A DNA stretch of 64,000 nucleotides from the IMG/VR virus record IMGVR_UViG_3300021964_000012, positions 1 to 64,000 of that record; one strand, 5' to 3'. The notes beneath the pieces were generated by a model. The model worked only from the letters and a program-made list of their open reading frames with translations, made no database searches and had not been told where the DNA came from. The translations under genes and the position numbers were made by a program. The stretch's first letter is position 1. Every line of letters begins with the position of its first letter. Shown here one piece after another: positions 1 to 10,900 of the stretch.

Positions 1-2
1 GA

Positions 3-1079
3 CTCACACTTGAAGCAGGATGTATAAAACTGAATAGTGGATCAGCTCCACCAGTGAGTAAAACTGTTGAGATACCTAAGTTAAGATTAGCAGATACAAA
101 ATTTTCTCCTCAACAAGGTTGGATACCAGAACCAAATGCAATTGAAACTATAGTTACAAGAGCTCCTACACATGAGCCTTATGCAGAAAGAGGCACTGGT
201 GTCAATACTAGTACCAGTTTACAATCACCTGCTGAGCAGGTTCCTTTGGATCCAAAAACCCAAGATGCAGTAACCAAAGCAGAATCAACAGAAATTGATA
301 GTGTTACAGAAGCAGATTATGAAAAACAATCTCAAGCAAAAACCAACGTTGGTAAAATACCACCAGAAAAAGTAACCAGTATGATAGCACAATCAAGCAA
401 ACTTGTGCCACAAGATTTCAATGAAATATCCAATTCCAACGGTGTTGGTAAATTTGGTTTTAGTGCAACTGAATTAGAAAAAGGAGGACTATTGAAACCA
501 GGCACTGCAGAGTTCTTTCTCAAGGATGCTACCTCTGATCTAAGTACAGTACTAGGAAGTGCAAGTGTTTGGACAGGTTCACAAGGTGTTAATGGACTTA
601 GTGATTTTTTAAACAACGAAACATTACAAGATGTAACCAAAACAGATTTATTCAACAAAGGATTAGGCGAGTTGCAGAATGCAGGAATAGTAACCGGCCT
701 AGAAGATGAATCTGCACTAGGCGGTTTGGTTAGTGGTGCAAGTAAATTTGGAGCAGACGCAGTTAAAAAATGGCAAGATGGTGCCGCAACACTAGGAGAA
801 ACATTTAGTGGAAGTAACAGTACAAAAATTACCAGTTCTGAAATGAATAAAGTTGTAAGAGGCGGTCAGTATTCAATACAATTAGCACAACAAAAATTGA
901 GTAACGAAGTACAAGGATTTTCAACTAGCAGTGGAGGCGTAGTGAGTACAACAGTAAGAAGTTCAATTGACACTGCGGTAGCAAGTGTAGTTACAAGTAA
1001 GAAAGTCAATGGAGTGGATGACGAAACTGCGGCATTTGAAGCTGAATTTGATGCACAAAATAATACCACAAATACGTAG
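3..1079 (+). CDS. C-terminal part of gp5-like baseplate hub protein (5' truncated by window), possible lysozyme-like domain
   Basis: Frame open from position 3 (LTLEAGCIKLNSGSAPP..), so the GTG at 54 is probably internal; IVTRAPTHEPY motif; GVGKFGF..LE..G.LKPG and WTG..G..S..FL segments; lies directly before the gp25-like gene. Confidence 0.6.
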   Translation, partial: LTLEAGCIKLNSGSAPPVSKTVEIPKLRLADTKFSPQQGWIPEPNAIETIVTRAPTHEPYAERGTGVNTSTSLQSPAEQVPLDPKTQDAVTKAESTEIDSVTEADYEKQSQAKTNVGKIPPEKVTSMIAQSSKLVPQDFNEISNSNGVGKFGFSATELEKGGLLKPGTAEFFLKDATSDLSTVLGSASVWTGSQGVNGLSDFLNNETLQDVTKTDLFNKGLGELQNAGIVTGLEDESALGGLVSGASKFGADAVKKWQDGAATLGETFSGSNSTKITSSEMNKVVRGGQYSIQLAQQKLSNEVQGFSTSSGGVVSTTVRSSIDTAVASVVTSKKVNGVDDETAAFEAEFDAQNNTTNT

Positions 1080-1080
1080 G

Positions 1081-1086
1081 TAAATA
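1081..1086 (+). promoter_or_regulatory. T4-like late promoter TAAATA, 4 nt before ATG
   Basis: TAAATA-catc-ATG(1091); no Shine-Dalgarno. Confidence 0.6.
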
Positions 1087-1090
1087 CATC

Positions 1091-1471
1091 ATGCCAACAT
1101 TTATCGGATATAGTACCATTGGAAGGTACAAGAACTATACAGTCACAGATTTTGAATTAATCAAGCGTGATTTATTAAATGCTCTTACAATCAGACAAGG
1201 AGAAATGCCTGGCAGACCTAATGTTGGTACAACTATATGGAGTTTGTTGTTCGAACCTCAAGGAGCTCCAACTTCAAAAGCAATTAACAAAGAACTACAA
1301 CGCATAGTTGCACAAGATCCAAGAATCAGTATCTCAGATATCAATGTTTACCCACAAGAGAATGGAATACTTATTGAACTTGAGGTTGATACTGTGAGTG
1401 GCCAACAAGGTGAACTACTTAATATATTTTTCAACAGTGAGACTATGAGAGCCGCTTACGCAGACGTGTAG
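1091..1471 (+). CDS. Baseplate wedge subunit, gp25-like
   Basis: LIKRDLLNALTIRQGEMPGRPNVGTTIWSLLFEP..QDPRI motif; 126 aa; position between hub and gp6-like gene. Confidence 0.85.
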   Translation: MPTFIGYSTIGRYKNYTVTDFELIKRDLLNALTIRQGEMPGRPNVGTTIWSLLFEPQGAPTSKAINKELQRIVAQDPRISISDINVYPQENGILIELEVDTVSGQQGELLNIFFNSETMRAAYADV

Positions 1472-1489
1472 ATAAACTACGTAGTTTAT
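1472..1489. repeat. Perfect 18-bp palindrome ATAAACTAC-GTAGTTTAT
   Basis: Read directly; followed by TAAATA at 1498-1503; 16 bp (1475-1490) recur identically at 50241-50256. Confidence 0.85.
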
Positions 1490-1521
1490 TATTTTCATAA
1501 ATACCATGTAAGGAAACACAC

Positions 1522-4500
1522 ATGGCTAAAACTACAAGACAAACAAGTATATTTGGTGTAGAAGATTGGAAGAGAATCTATCAAACCTATCGTGAAGCGG
1601 ACTTTCAAAGTTATGATTTTGAAACACTCCGGAAAACTTTCATTGATTATATAAGACTGTATTACCCCGAAAGTTTCAATGATTACATAGAGTCTAGCGA
1701 ATTTATTGCTATACTTGATGTTATGGCTTTTATGGGTCAAGCAGGCAGTTTTCGAAATGATCTTAATACACGTGAAAACTTTATTGATACTGCTGAAAGA
1801 AGAGACAGTGTTACTAGACTTGCAGAACTAGTTAGTTATACACCAAAGCGTAATACTGCCGCACAAGGTTTTTTAAAAGTACAAAGCATAAGCACCACTG
1901 AAGGTGTAATTGACTTTACTGGTGTTAACTTGTCCAATATCACAATAAATTGGAACGATACTACTAACCCGAATTGGCTAGAACAATTTACAGTTGTTGT
2001 AAATGCTGCTCTTAGCGGAAGTCAGCGTTTTGGAAAACCAGGAAATAGTCAAACACTTTTGGGAGTTGACACAGAAGAATATACACTCAATCTAATAGCA
2101 GGATTTTTACCTGTTGTACCGTTCAGTCAGACTGTAAATGGCACTAACATGACATTTGAAGCAGTAAATGCAACGTCATTAAATGAAACATACCTGTATG
2201 AGCCGGCACCTGCACCAAGCGGGCCGTTAAACATACTGTATAGAAATGACAAACAAGGATATGCTAGTGCAAACACTGGTTACTTTTTTTATTTTAAACA
2301 AGGCTCTCTACAAGATCAACAATTTAATCTTGGAGAAAGAATCAGCAACAGAATTGTTAACGTCAACATAGAAGGTATAAACAACGAAGATGTTTGGTTA
2401 TACCAACTTAATGCACAGAACTCAATAATTGCAGAATGGGAAAAAGTTGAAAATATCTACACTGGTGCAGTTGAAGAACTTACACCTGAACAACGCAGGT
2501 ATTTTAGTATTACATCAAGAACAAATGATCAAATTGACTTGAATTTTGGAGATGGTGTGTTTAGTAGTATACCAGTAGGAACATTTAGAACCTATGTTAG
2601 AAGTTCAAATGGCCTAAACTATATTATCAATCCAGATGAAATGCAAAATGTAACTTTTAATATAGGTTACGTAAGCAAAACAGGACGAAACGAAACACTA
2701 ACCTTCACTTGTGCGTTAACTGTACCGGTGAGCAATGCAAGCAGTAGAGAAAATATAAACGATATCAAACAAAGAGCCCCAGCAAGATATTATACCCAAG
2801 ATAGAATGGTCAACGGAGAAGACTACAACAATTTTCCATATACACTTTATTCAACTATAATCAAGTCCAAGGCTGTTAACAGAAGCTCAATTGGTACTAG
2901 TAGGTATCTGGACTTAGTAGATATCACTGGAAAATATTCAAGCACAAATGTTTTTGCCTCAGATGGCATGATCTACGAAAATACACAAGTACCCAGCTTT
3001 ACATTCACTTTTGCCGATGCAAACGACATTACCAATGTAATTGTAAACCAAGTTGAACCTCTATTAGCAAGTAGAGGAATGCAAGAATTCTATTACGAGA
3101 ACTTCAATCGACCAAGTTTAACAACGTTAAATCTTGAATGGAATCAAAGCACCACTAGTAATAGCGAGACAACTGGATTTTTTAAATTTGTATCAAACGG
3201 AGCACCTGCACCAGTAGGTCCTCAAGCAAGCGACAATAAAAAATATATCGCACAAGGTGGACTGGTAAAATTTACTCCACCAGCTGGACAGTATTTTACT
3301 GCAACAAATAGACTGGCAGTTGGTTCACCAACACTACCCGGCGATAAGATGGTTTTATGGGCAACTGTAACTGCTTTAGAGCTTGATGGGACAAACTTTG
3401 GAGTTGGAAATAATGCAGACGGAACTGGCCCTGTAACTTTAAATACTTTTATTCCAACAGGTGCAGTACCCACACAGGTAATTATAAATTTTATTACTGA
3501 TTTGCCTACCTCTATTGAAACTACAATGAGGGAAAATATTGAACTCTATCGAGATTTTGGGCTGGGTTACGATAATCTTACGCAGACATGGTATATTATT
3601 ACATCAACAAACATCGATAGCAGTATTACTTTTAGTTTAGCATATGCTCAAGATACGTCAGGCACGGGTTTAGATAATAGCTGGCTTGTTGATTTTCAAA
3701 CTGATGGTGTAACTTATACAGTAAGCTCTAGAAGCTTGGATCGTTTTTGGGCAAGTATCTTAGAAACACGCTTTTTCTATGATGGTACACAAAAAGTTTA
3801 TGACCCCAAAACAGGCAAAGTTGTTAATGATTTTATCAATGTACTAAAAACAAACAACCTACCTGACTCAAGTTCAACACTTAATAGTGATGAGATACTG
3901 GACATAATCGGACAACCAGTTGAAGCAGATGGCTTTATTGATGACTTTAGAGTAAGAGTCAGCTATAGAGATTCAGACAATGATGGCATTCCAGATAATC
4001 CAGATTATTTTGAAACATTGGTTGCACCAGATACAAATCCTGTTACCAAAAGGGTATACCTTCAGCAAACAATTGATTTTGATAATCTTGAAAGATATAC
4101 ACCACTTGCAAGTGGTGTAGTCAACGGCACTTATGCAACAAAAGATGCAATTGAACTAGATAAAAGCGAATATGCTGATGGGCAGGTTTTTTATGCGTAC
4201 ACAGATGAAAAATTCTATAAACTTACTGTAGCCTATGACGGAGTTAGAACTATTAGTGAAGTTAGTGGTTATCAAACCTATGTTGGTAGACAAGATCTTT
4301 ATTTTCAGTATCGACACAATGCTCCACTTAGTCGACGTATTGATCCAGGTACAACTAATATTATTGATATCTATCTTTTAACACAGGCATATTATAATGC
4401 GTATCAAAATTATCTTCGAGACACTACTGGTTCTGTTAAGGAACCAGCAAAACCGACTATCGACGAACTAACTACGTCCTATAATACACTTGATCAATAT

Positions 4501-4929
4501 AAAATGATTTCAGATAATATTATCTTAAACAGTGTAACATTCAAACCATTGTTCGGAACCAAAGCTCCAGAAGAACTTAGAGCAACTATTAAGTGTGTGA
4601 AAAACGCTACAAGCACAGTGAGCATAAGTGAAATTAAAAGTCAGGTTGTAAATGCTATCAATCAATATTTTACAATTGAAAATTGGGACTTTGGCGATAC
4701 CTTTTTCTTTTCAGAGCTAAGTTCATATTTACACGATCAACTTGGTTCAATAATAAGCACGGTTGTACTTGTTCCGACAAATCCTTTGAAATCTTTTGGA
4801 GATTTATACGAAATAAGATCTCAAGCAAATGAAATTTTTGTGAATGCCGCAACAGTGAATGACGTTGAAATTATTGATGCATTGACTAGCAGTCAACTTA
4901 GAACTGCACCAAATAGTGGAGTAGTTTAA
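1522..4929 (+). CDS. Baseplate wedge subunit, gp6-like (1135 aa)
   Basis: DFETLRK..IDY..YYPESFNDY.ESSE, FIDTAERRDSV..LAELVSY.PKR, FGDGVF, RMVNGEDY motifs of the gp6/baseplate J family. Confidence 0.85.
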   Translation: MAKTTRQTSIFGVEDWKRIYQTYREADFQSYDFETLRKTFIDYIRLYYPESFNDYIESSEFIAILDVMAFMGQAGSFRNDLNTRENFIDTAERRDSVTRLAELVSYTPKRNTAAQGFLKVQSISTTEGVIDFTGVNLSNITINWNDTTNPNWLEQFTVVVNAALSGSQRFGKPGNSQTLLGVDTEEYTLNLIAGFLPVVPFSQTVNGTNMTFEAVNATSLNETYLYEPAPAPSGPLNILYRNDKQGYASANTGYFFYFKQGSLQDQQFNLGERISNRIVNVNIEGINNEDVWLYQLNAQNSIIAEWEKVENIYTGAVEELTPEQRRYFSITSRTNDQIDLNFGDGVFSSIPVGTFRTYVRSSNGLNYIINPDEMQNVTFNIGYVSKTGRNETLTFTCALTVPVSNASSRENINDIKQRAPARYYTQDRMVNGEDYNNFPYTLYSTIIKSKAVNRSSIGTSRYLDLVDITGKYSSTNVFASDGMIYENTQVPSFTFTFADANDITNVIVNQVEPLLASRGMQEFYYENFNRPSLTTLNLEWNQSTTSNSETTGFFKFVSNGAPAPVGPQASDNKKYIAQGGLVKFTPPAGQYFTATNRLAVGSPTLPGDKMVLWATVTALELDGTNFGVGNNADGTGPVTLNTFIPTGAVPTQVIINFITDLPTSIETTMRENIELYRDFGLGYDNLTQTWYIITSTNIDSSITFSLAYAQDTSGTGLDNSWLVDFQTDGVTYTVSSRSLDRFWASILETRFFYDGTQKVYDPKTGKVVNDFINVLKTNNLPDSSSTLNSDEILDIIGQPVEADGFIDDFRVRVSYRDSDNDGIPDNPDYFETLVAPDTNPVTKRVYLQQTIDFDNLERYTPLASGVVNGTYATKDAIELDKSEYADGQVFYAYTDEKFYKLTVAYDGVRTISEVSGYQTYVGRQDLYFQYRHNAPLSRRIDPGTTNIIDIYLLTQAYYNAYQNYLRDTTGSVKEPAKPTIDELTTSYNTLDQYKMISDNIILNSVTFKPLFGTKAPEELRATIKCVKNATSTVSISEIKSQVVNAINQYFTIENWDFGDTFFFSELSSYLHDQLGSIISTVVLVPTNPLKSFGDLYEIRSQANEIFVNAATVNDVEIIDALTSSQLRTAPNSGVV

Positions 4930-4932
4930 AAT

Positions 4933-7900
4933 ATGGCTAAGCGTATTCGCTCAGAGGATTTCTTACCTGAAATCTTTCAAACACCAGCTAATAAGCAACT
5001 TCTAAGAAGTACTCTTGATCAGCTTACACAAAATCCTAAACTTAAACCAACAGAAGGTTACATAGGACGTAAAATTGGTCCAGGGGTAACTGCCAGTGAC
5101 AACTATATTCTTGAACCATCTGCAACCAGAACAGATTATCAATTGGAACCAGGGGTAGTTCAACTTCAACCTGATACAAGCACAGTTGATAATGCAATTA
5201 CCTATCCAGGTATAATTGATAGTTTGAAAATGCAAGGAGCAAATACAACAAGACACGATAGGTTATTCAATAGCGAGCATTATAGCTACGATCCAATGAT
5301 TGATTATGACAAATTTGTGAACTTTGGACAGTATTATTGGATACCAGCAGGTCCAAATAGTGTTGATGTATTTGCAAATACTATTCCAACTGCAGACAAC
5401 TTTGATGTAACCTACAGCGAAGTCGGGTACAAGTTTAGTGGTTATAGTGGCACACTGCCCACAATCACACTTGTAAGAGAAGGAAACTATACATTTGATG
5501 TAAACGCAAGTGGACGTAATTTTTGGATACAAAGTGTTCCTGGAACCAGTGGTGTATTACCACAACAAGCCAACCAAAGTTCTCGTGAAGTACTTGGAGT
5601 AACCAACAATGGTGATGATGTTGGAACAGTTTCTTTTAATGTTCCTGCAAAAACTGCACAGAATTTTTTCTTTAATCTTGCTGACATAGGTTCTACTGAC
5701 TTGGTCGAAGATACACTTCAGTTTAATCAAATAAACAATCGATATGTTGATGTTTTCTTAGAAGAACATGGCGGTATTGATGGCATAACTGATTTACAAA
5801 ACCGGACACTTATTTTCAATACAACCACAGACCAAGGTTGGGAAGATGAAGAACCATTTTCTAGTGAAGGGTTTGATACAACTGCATTTAGTGATTCAGG
5901 TGCAATTCCAACAGACGCCGATCGGTATGTCCAATGGCGTATAAATTACAACTACGACGATCCACTTCGTCCGTTTATGGAACTTACAAAAGTACAAAGC
6001 ATTGCAAATCTAAGCAAAACAAAGATAGAATATGGCACAGAATACTCTGGTAGCACTATGTACAAAACTGCTGAAGGTGTATTTGCACGTCAGCCACTGA
6101 TAACTGCTAATCTTGATATCTTGTACTATCAAGACGGTAGCGATGAACTAAATTTTGGTGTAATAAGAGTAGTAGACCAAATAAATTCCTCAGACTTAAA
6201 CATAGAAGATATCCTCGGTGAACCTAATTATACATCACCAAATGGTGTGGTTTTCACCAATGGCTTGAAAGTCAAATTTATTGGAAATGTGGTTCCTGCA
6301 AGTTATGCAAACGTAGAATACTATGTAGAAGGTGTTGGTACTGCGATTGAATTTGTAAAAGTTACCGACTTAATAACCCCTGAAACCTATACAAAGTCAG
6401 AAACAGTGCCTTTTGATAGTACTAGTTTCGACGAAGGTGGATTCGATGCAACTGCTGACGCTCCTATTGTACAAGATTATCTCTTAATTAACAGAGCAAG
6501 CATTAATCTAAATGCTTGGAGTAGAGGTAATAGATGGTTTCATATTGATGTGCTTACTGCAACTGCAAACTACAATAATACAGTATTAACCTTAGATAAT
6601 GATGCAAGAGCAAAACGACCAATTATTGAATTTGTTAAAAATCTAAAATTGTATAACTTTGGTACTCTTGCTACACAACCAGTTGATATTATTGATTTTG
6701 ACGAAACTGATGCGTTTAGTAATATAAATGGAACCTCTGGATATTCAGTAGATGGATATAGCCTAATTGAAGGTTCAAGAATTATATTCAATGCAGACGT
6801 TGATCCCGAAGTTGTAAATAAAATTTATACAGTACAATTTATTAATCTTGGAGCAGGTGATATAATTGACTTACAACCTGCAAGTTTGACCGAACCTGAC
6901 ATTGCAACTAATATAACTGTTGTTGTAAGATCTGGAGTAACTGAACAAGGAAAATCCTACTGGTTTAATGGCATCACTTGGACAGAAGCTCAACAAAAAA
7001 CAGATACAAACCAGGCACCATTATTTGATATCTACGATTCAAGTGGTTATAGTTTAAGCGATACTTTAGTTTACCCTTCTACTACTTTTGCAGGAACTAA
7101 AATTTTTAGCTATGCCGTTGGCACTGGAACTACAGATTCCATTATTGAACAACCTTTGAAATATTTAACCATCAATAATGTTGGTGACATTGTATTTGAT
7201 AATAATTTTTATTCAGATACGTTTACTTACGGCTCATCTAATAATGGTACTACAGCAAACATTTCTCTTGGTACAGTAAGACAGTACAACACAATTGATA
7301 CTTTTATAAAACTTCTTGGATGGCAAACAAGTTTTACAAATTATGTTCAACGACAAAGTTTTAGTTTTGAATTTGATGGGAACTCATTGATTCTTGATGT
7401 TGAAGTGTCAAATGATACAAGTATTGTACCAGTGAAAGTTTTTGTTGAAGGACAATTTATACTGTCTGATACCTATACCTATGCAACAAACAGTGCAGGG
7501 GTCACTGAAATTACATTCAATGCAAATGTGGTTGGACAACCAGCAACTGTTCCTCCAATAGGATCGGTAATAGAAGTGCAGGTCATAAGCAATAGTCCTA
7601 GTAGTGTTGCGTTCTATACTATTCCAGACAATCTAGAATCAAATGCTCTAAACGAAAATAGTTCTACTTTTACTCTAGGAACACTTAGGACACACTATGA
7701 AAGTATCTGTCAAAACCTTGAACACTTCTCAGGTAAGATACACGGAGCAAACAACATACGTGACCTTGGTAATATTATTCCATACGGTGATTTAATTCTA
7801 CAACAAAGTGCACCATTAACACTTACAACTCCTTTTATAAATGAAAGAAGCACTGATTACTTTAGATCATTGGAATTTAATGCTTCTGAGTATAATAAAA

Positions 7901-10900
7901 CCAAGAACAAAATACTTGATTATGTTGCAAACAACGATTGGGAAAACAAAACTGCGGCTGAGATTCTTGACCAAACTCTGCTTGCAATAAACGCTGGAAA
8001 AACTTCATCTTCATCATTTTACTGGACTGATGCGATTCCAACTGGAACAGTTTACGAACAAACAACATACACTGTGACTCCAATCACAACATATGTTTTT
8101 GATACACTCTACAATTATAACTTTACATCAGCAAACTATCAAGGTTTATTGGTTTATTATATTCCAGTTTCAACTGGAGTAGAGACACAACTAGTCGGCG
8201 ACGGGCATGAATATACAGTTGCTACTGATGGTCCAAGAATTACAATTAATTCTTCTGATATTACACTTTCAATTGGCGATAAGATTATTATACGAGAATA
8301 CAAAACAACATATGGAAGTTATGTGCCTGCAACTCCGAGCATGTTAGGCTTATACCAAGTATACATGCCAAGGGAGTTCCTTGACAATACCTATGTGGAA
8401 CCAACAAATGTAATACAAGGACATGATGGCAGCATCACAGTATCATTTCCAGATGGTGATTACAGAAATAGTGTGCTATTAGAGTTTGAAAAAAGATGTT
8501 ATAATAATATCAAACTTACAGCTGATGAAAAATACAATCCTATACTTCAAGCCGTTGATGTTATTCCAGGACAGTTTAGAACAACTGACTATACACTCAC
8601 TGAGATAAACGATATTCTTAATGTAAGTTTTCTTGCTTGGGTTGGTGCACAAAGAGTTCCGTACAAAATTCAAACCTACGATGCTGATAACGGTTTTACT
8701 TGGAATTACAGTCAGAGTGCAAATAGACTAGATGGAAAACCTTTACTTGGCTTCTGGCGTGGTATATATTTTAATCTCTACGACACAGATAGTCCTGATA
8801 CTCGTCCATGGGAAATGGTTGGTTTAAGTGAAAAACCAACCTGGTGGGAAACACGTTATGGTCCTGCTCCTTACACCAGTGGAAACACTGTACTATGGCA
8901 AGACATGGCAGATGGTAAAATTACCTATCCAACTGGTGATGTTATTAAACCAAGATTTGTTCGCCCAGAATTACTAGATTGTTTACCAACAGATTCACAG
9001 GGCAATCTAGTTGATCCAATGGTTTCGATTGTTGGAAGTTACGATATAAACAGTTTTAAAAAATCTTGGGTGGCTGGAGATTATGCTCCTACACAAACTG
9101 CTTGGAGAAGAAGTAGCTATTATCCGTTTGCTATTCAGAGATTGCTTGCTCTTACTATGCCTGCAAAGTATTTTGGTTTGTTTTCTGATGTAGACTTGTA
9201 CAAATACAACACAGATTTCAATCAATACCTTTACAATGATAGATATCGTGTTGATGCTTCAACCGTTGAAGTTTATGGTAATGGAACTGCAAAACACAGT
9301 TTCATAAATTTTGTAGTTGATTACAATAGATTAACAGGAGTTGATAGTACCGCTTTAGTAAAAACAAAACTAGAAAATCTTGACGTACGTTTATGCTATC
9401 GAATGGCAGGTTTCAGTGATAAGAGCTATTTAAAAATATTTTCTGAAAAATCATCTCCGAACAGTCTAAATAGCAGTTTGTTGTTGCCCGACGAAAGCTA
9501 TCAACTATTTTTATATAAAAATCCAAGTTTTTCTGAAGTCCAGTTTTCCAGTGTTATAGTTCAAAGAACAAACACAGGTTGGACAGTTGCTGGTTATTCT
9601 ACTACTAAACCGTATTTCAATATTTTAAAGAGCACTGCCGCAGGAACATTCAGTACCTTCACTGTAAATGGCAACACTTTTAGAGTACCTCAAACATTTA
9701 CGAATCAAGTGACACAAGTGCCTTACGGTTATGAATTTTCAAGCTCTAGTTCAGTAGTAGATTTTTTAGTGAGTTATGGTGAATTATTAAAGCAACAGGG
9801 CATGTCCTTTGACTCAACCGAGAATGAGGTTATTGTAAACTGGACACAAATGGCTCAAGAGTTTATCTACTGGGTTGGACAAAGTTGGACTGTAGGAAGT
9901 GTTATAAATTTAAATCCAGCGGCCAACATTCTAAAGCTAGAAAAAGACTTTAGTGTTGTTGAGAGCCTAGCAAGCGAAAATCTCAATGACGTAATATTGA
10001 ATCAAAATTTTAGACCTTTGTTGTCAGACGACTATGCAGTAGAAAGATTAGACAACGAACTGAAACTTATAGGATTGAATAATAATACTTTTAGTTTTCT
10101 ACAAGGAAGATTTACATCTTATGAACACATCATAGTCTTTGATAATATTAGTATTTTCAATGATCTGATCTATCAACCAGTAACTGGCGCAAGACAAAAT
10201 CGATTATTAGTTAATGGGTATACAGTGTATGACTGGAATGGTACATTAGATGCACAAGGCTTTATACTCAACCAAGATAATATAAAATCATGGGAGCCGA
10301 ATGTAGGCTACACCAAAGGGCAGATTGTAGAATATAAAAACTCTTATTGGAGTGCCACTACAATTTTATCACCAAGCCAAACTTTTGTTTTTGCAGACTG
10401 GATAAAAAGTGATTACGCTAGAATACAAACTGGTTTACTTCCTAACCTTGCAACTAAAGCAGATGAATTGCAAGATAATTATAACATTCACACTGCTAAT
10501 CTTGAAAGCGATTCAACATTACTAGGACTAGGACTAATTGGATTTAGACCAAGACAGTACATGCAAAATCTTAACCTCGACGACATTTCACAGGCTGGTT
10601 TGTACTCACAGTTCTTGGGCACAAAAGGCACTATTCGTGCCGCTGAACAATTTAAAAGTGCAAACCTTGGCAAAGAAGAAGCAGAATACGAAATCAGAGA
10701 AAATTGGGCAATCCAAAGAGCTATATATGGAGCAAATGCTAACCGAAGTTATTTTGAATTACAACTAGAAGAAAGCAAACTGCTTAGTAACCCAAGCACA
10801 ATAGCAGTAGTGGCGCCTGATACTATTTCAACTGCTGAACAAACAGTTTTAATTGATGATATTTACAAATCAAGTTATAAAATTAGCACCACTGATATTT

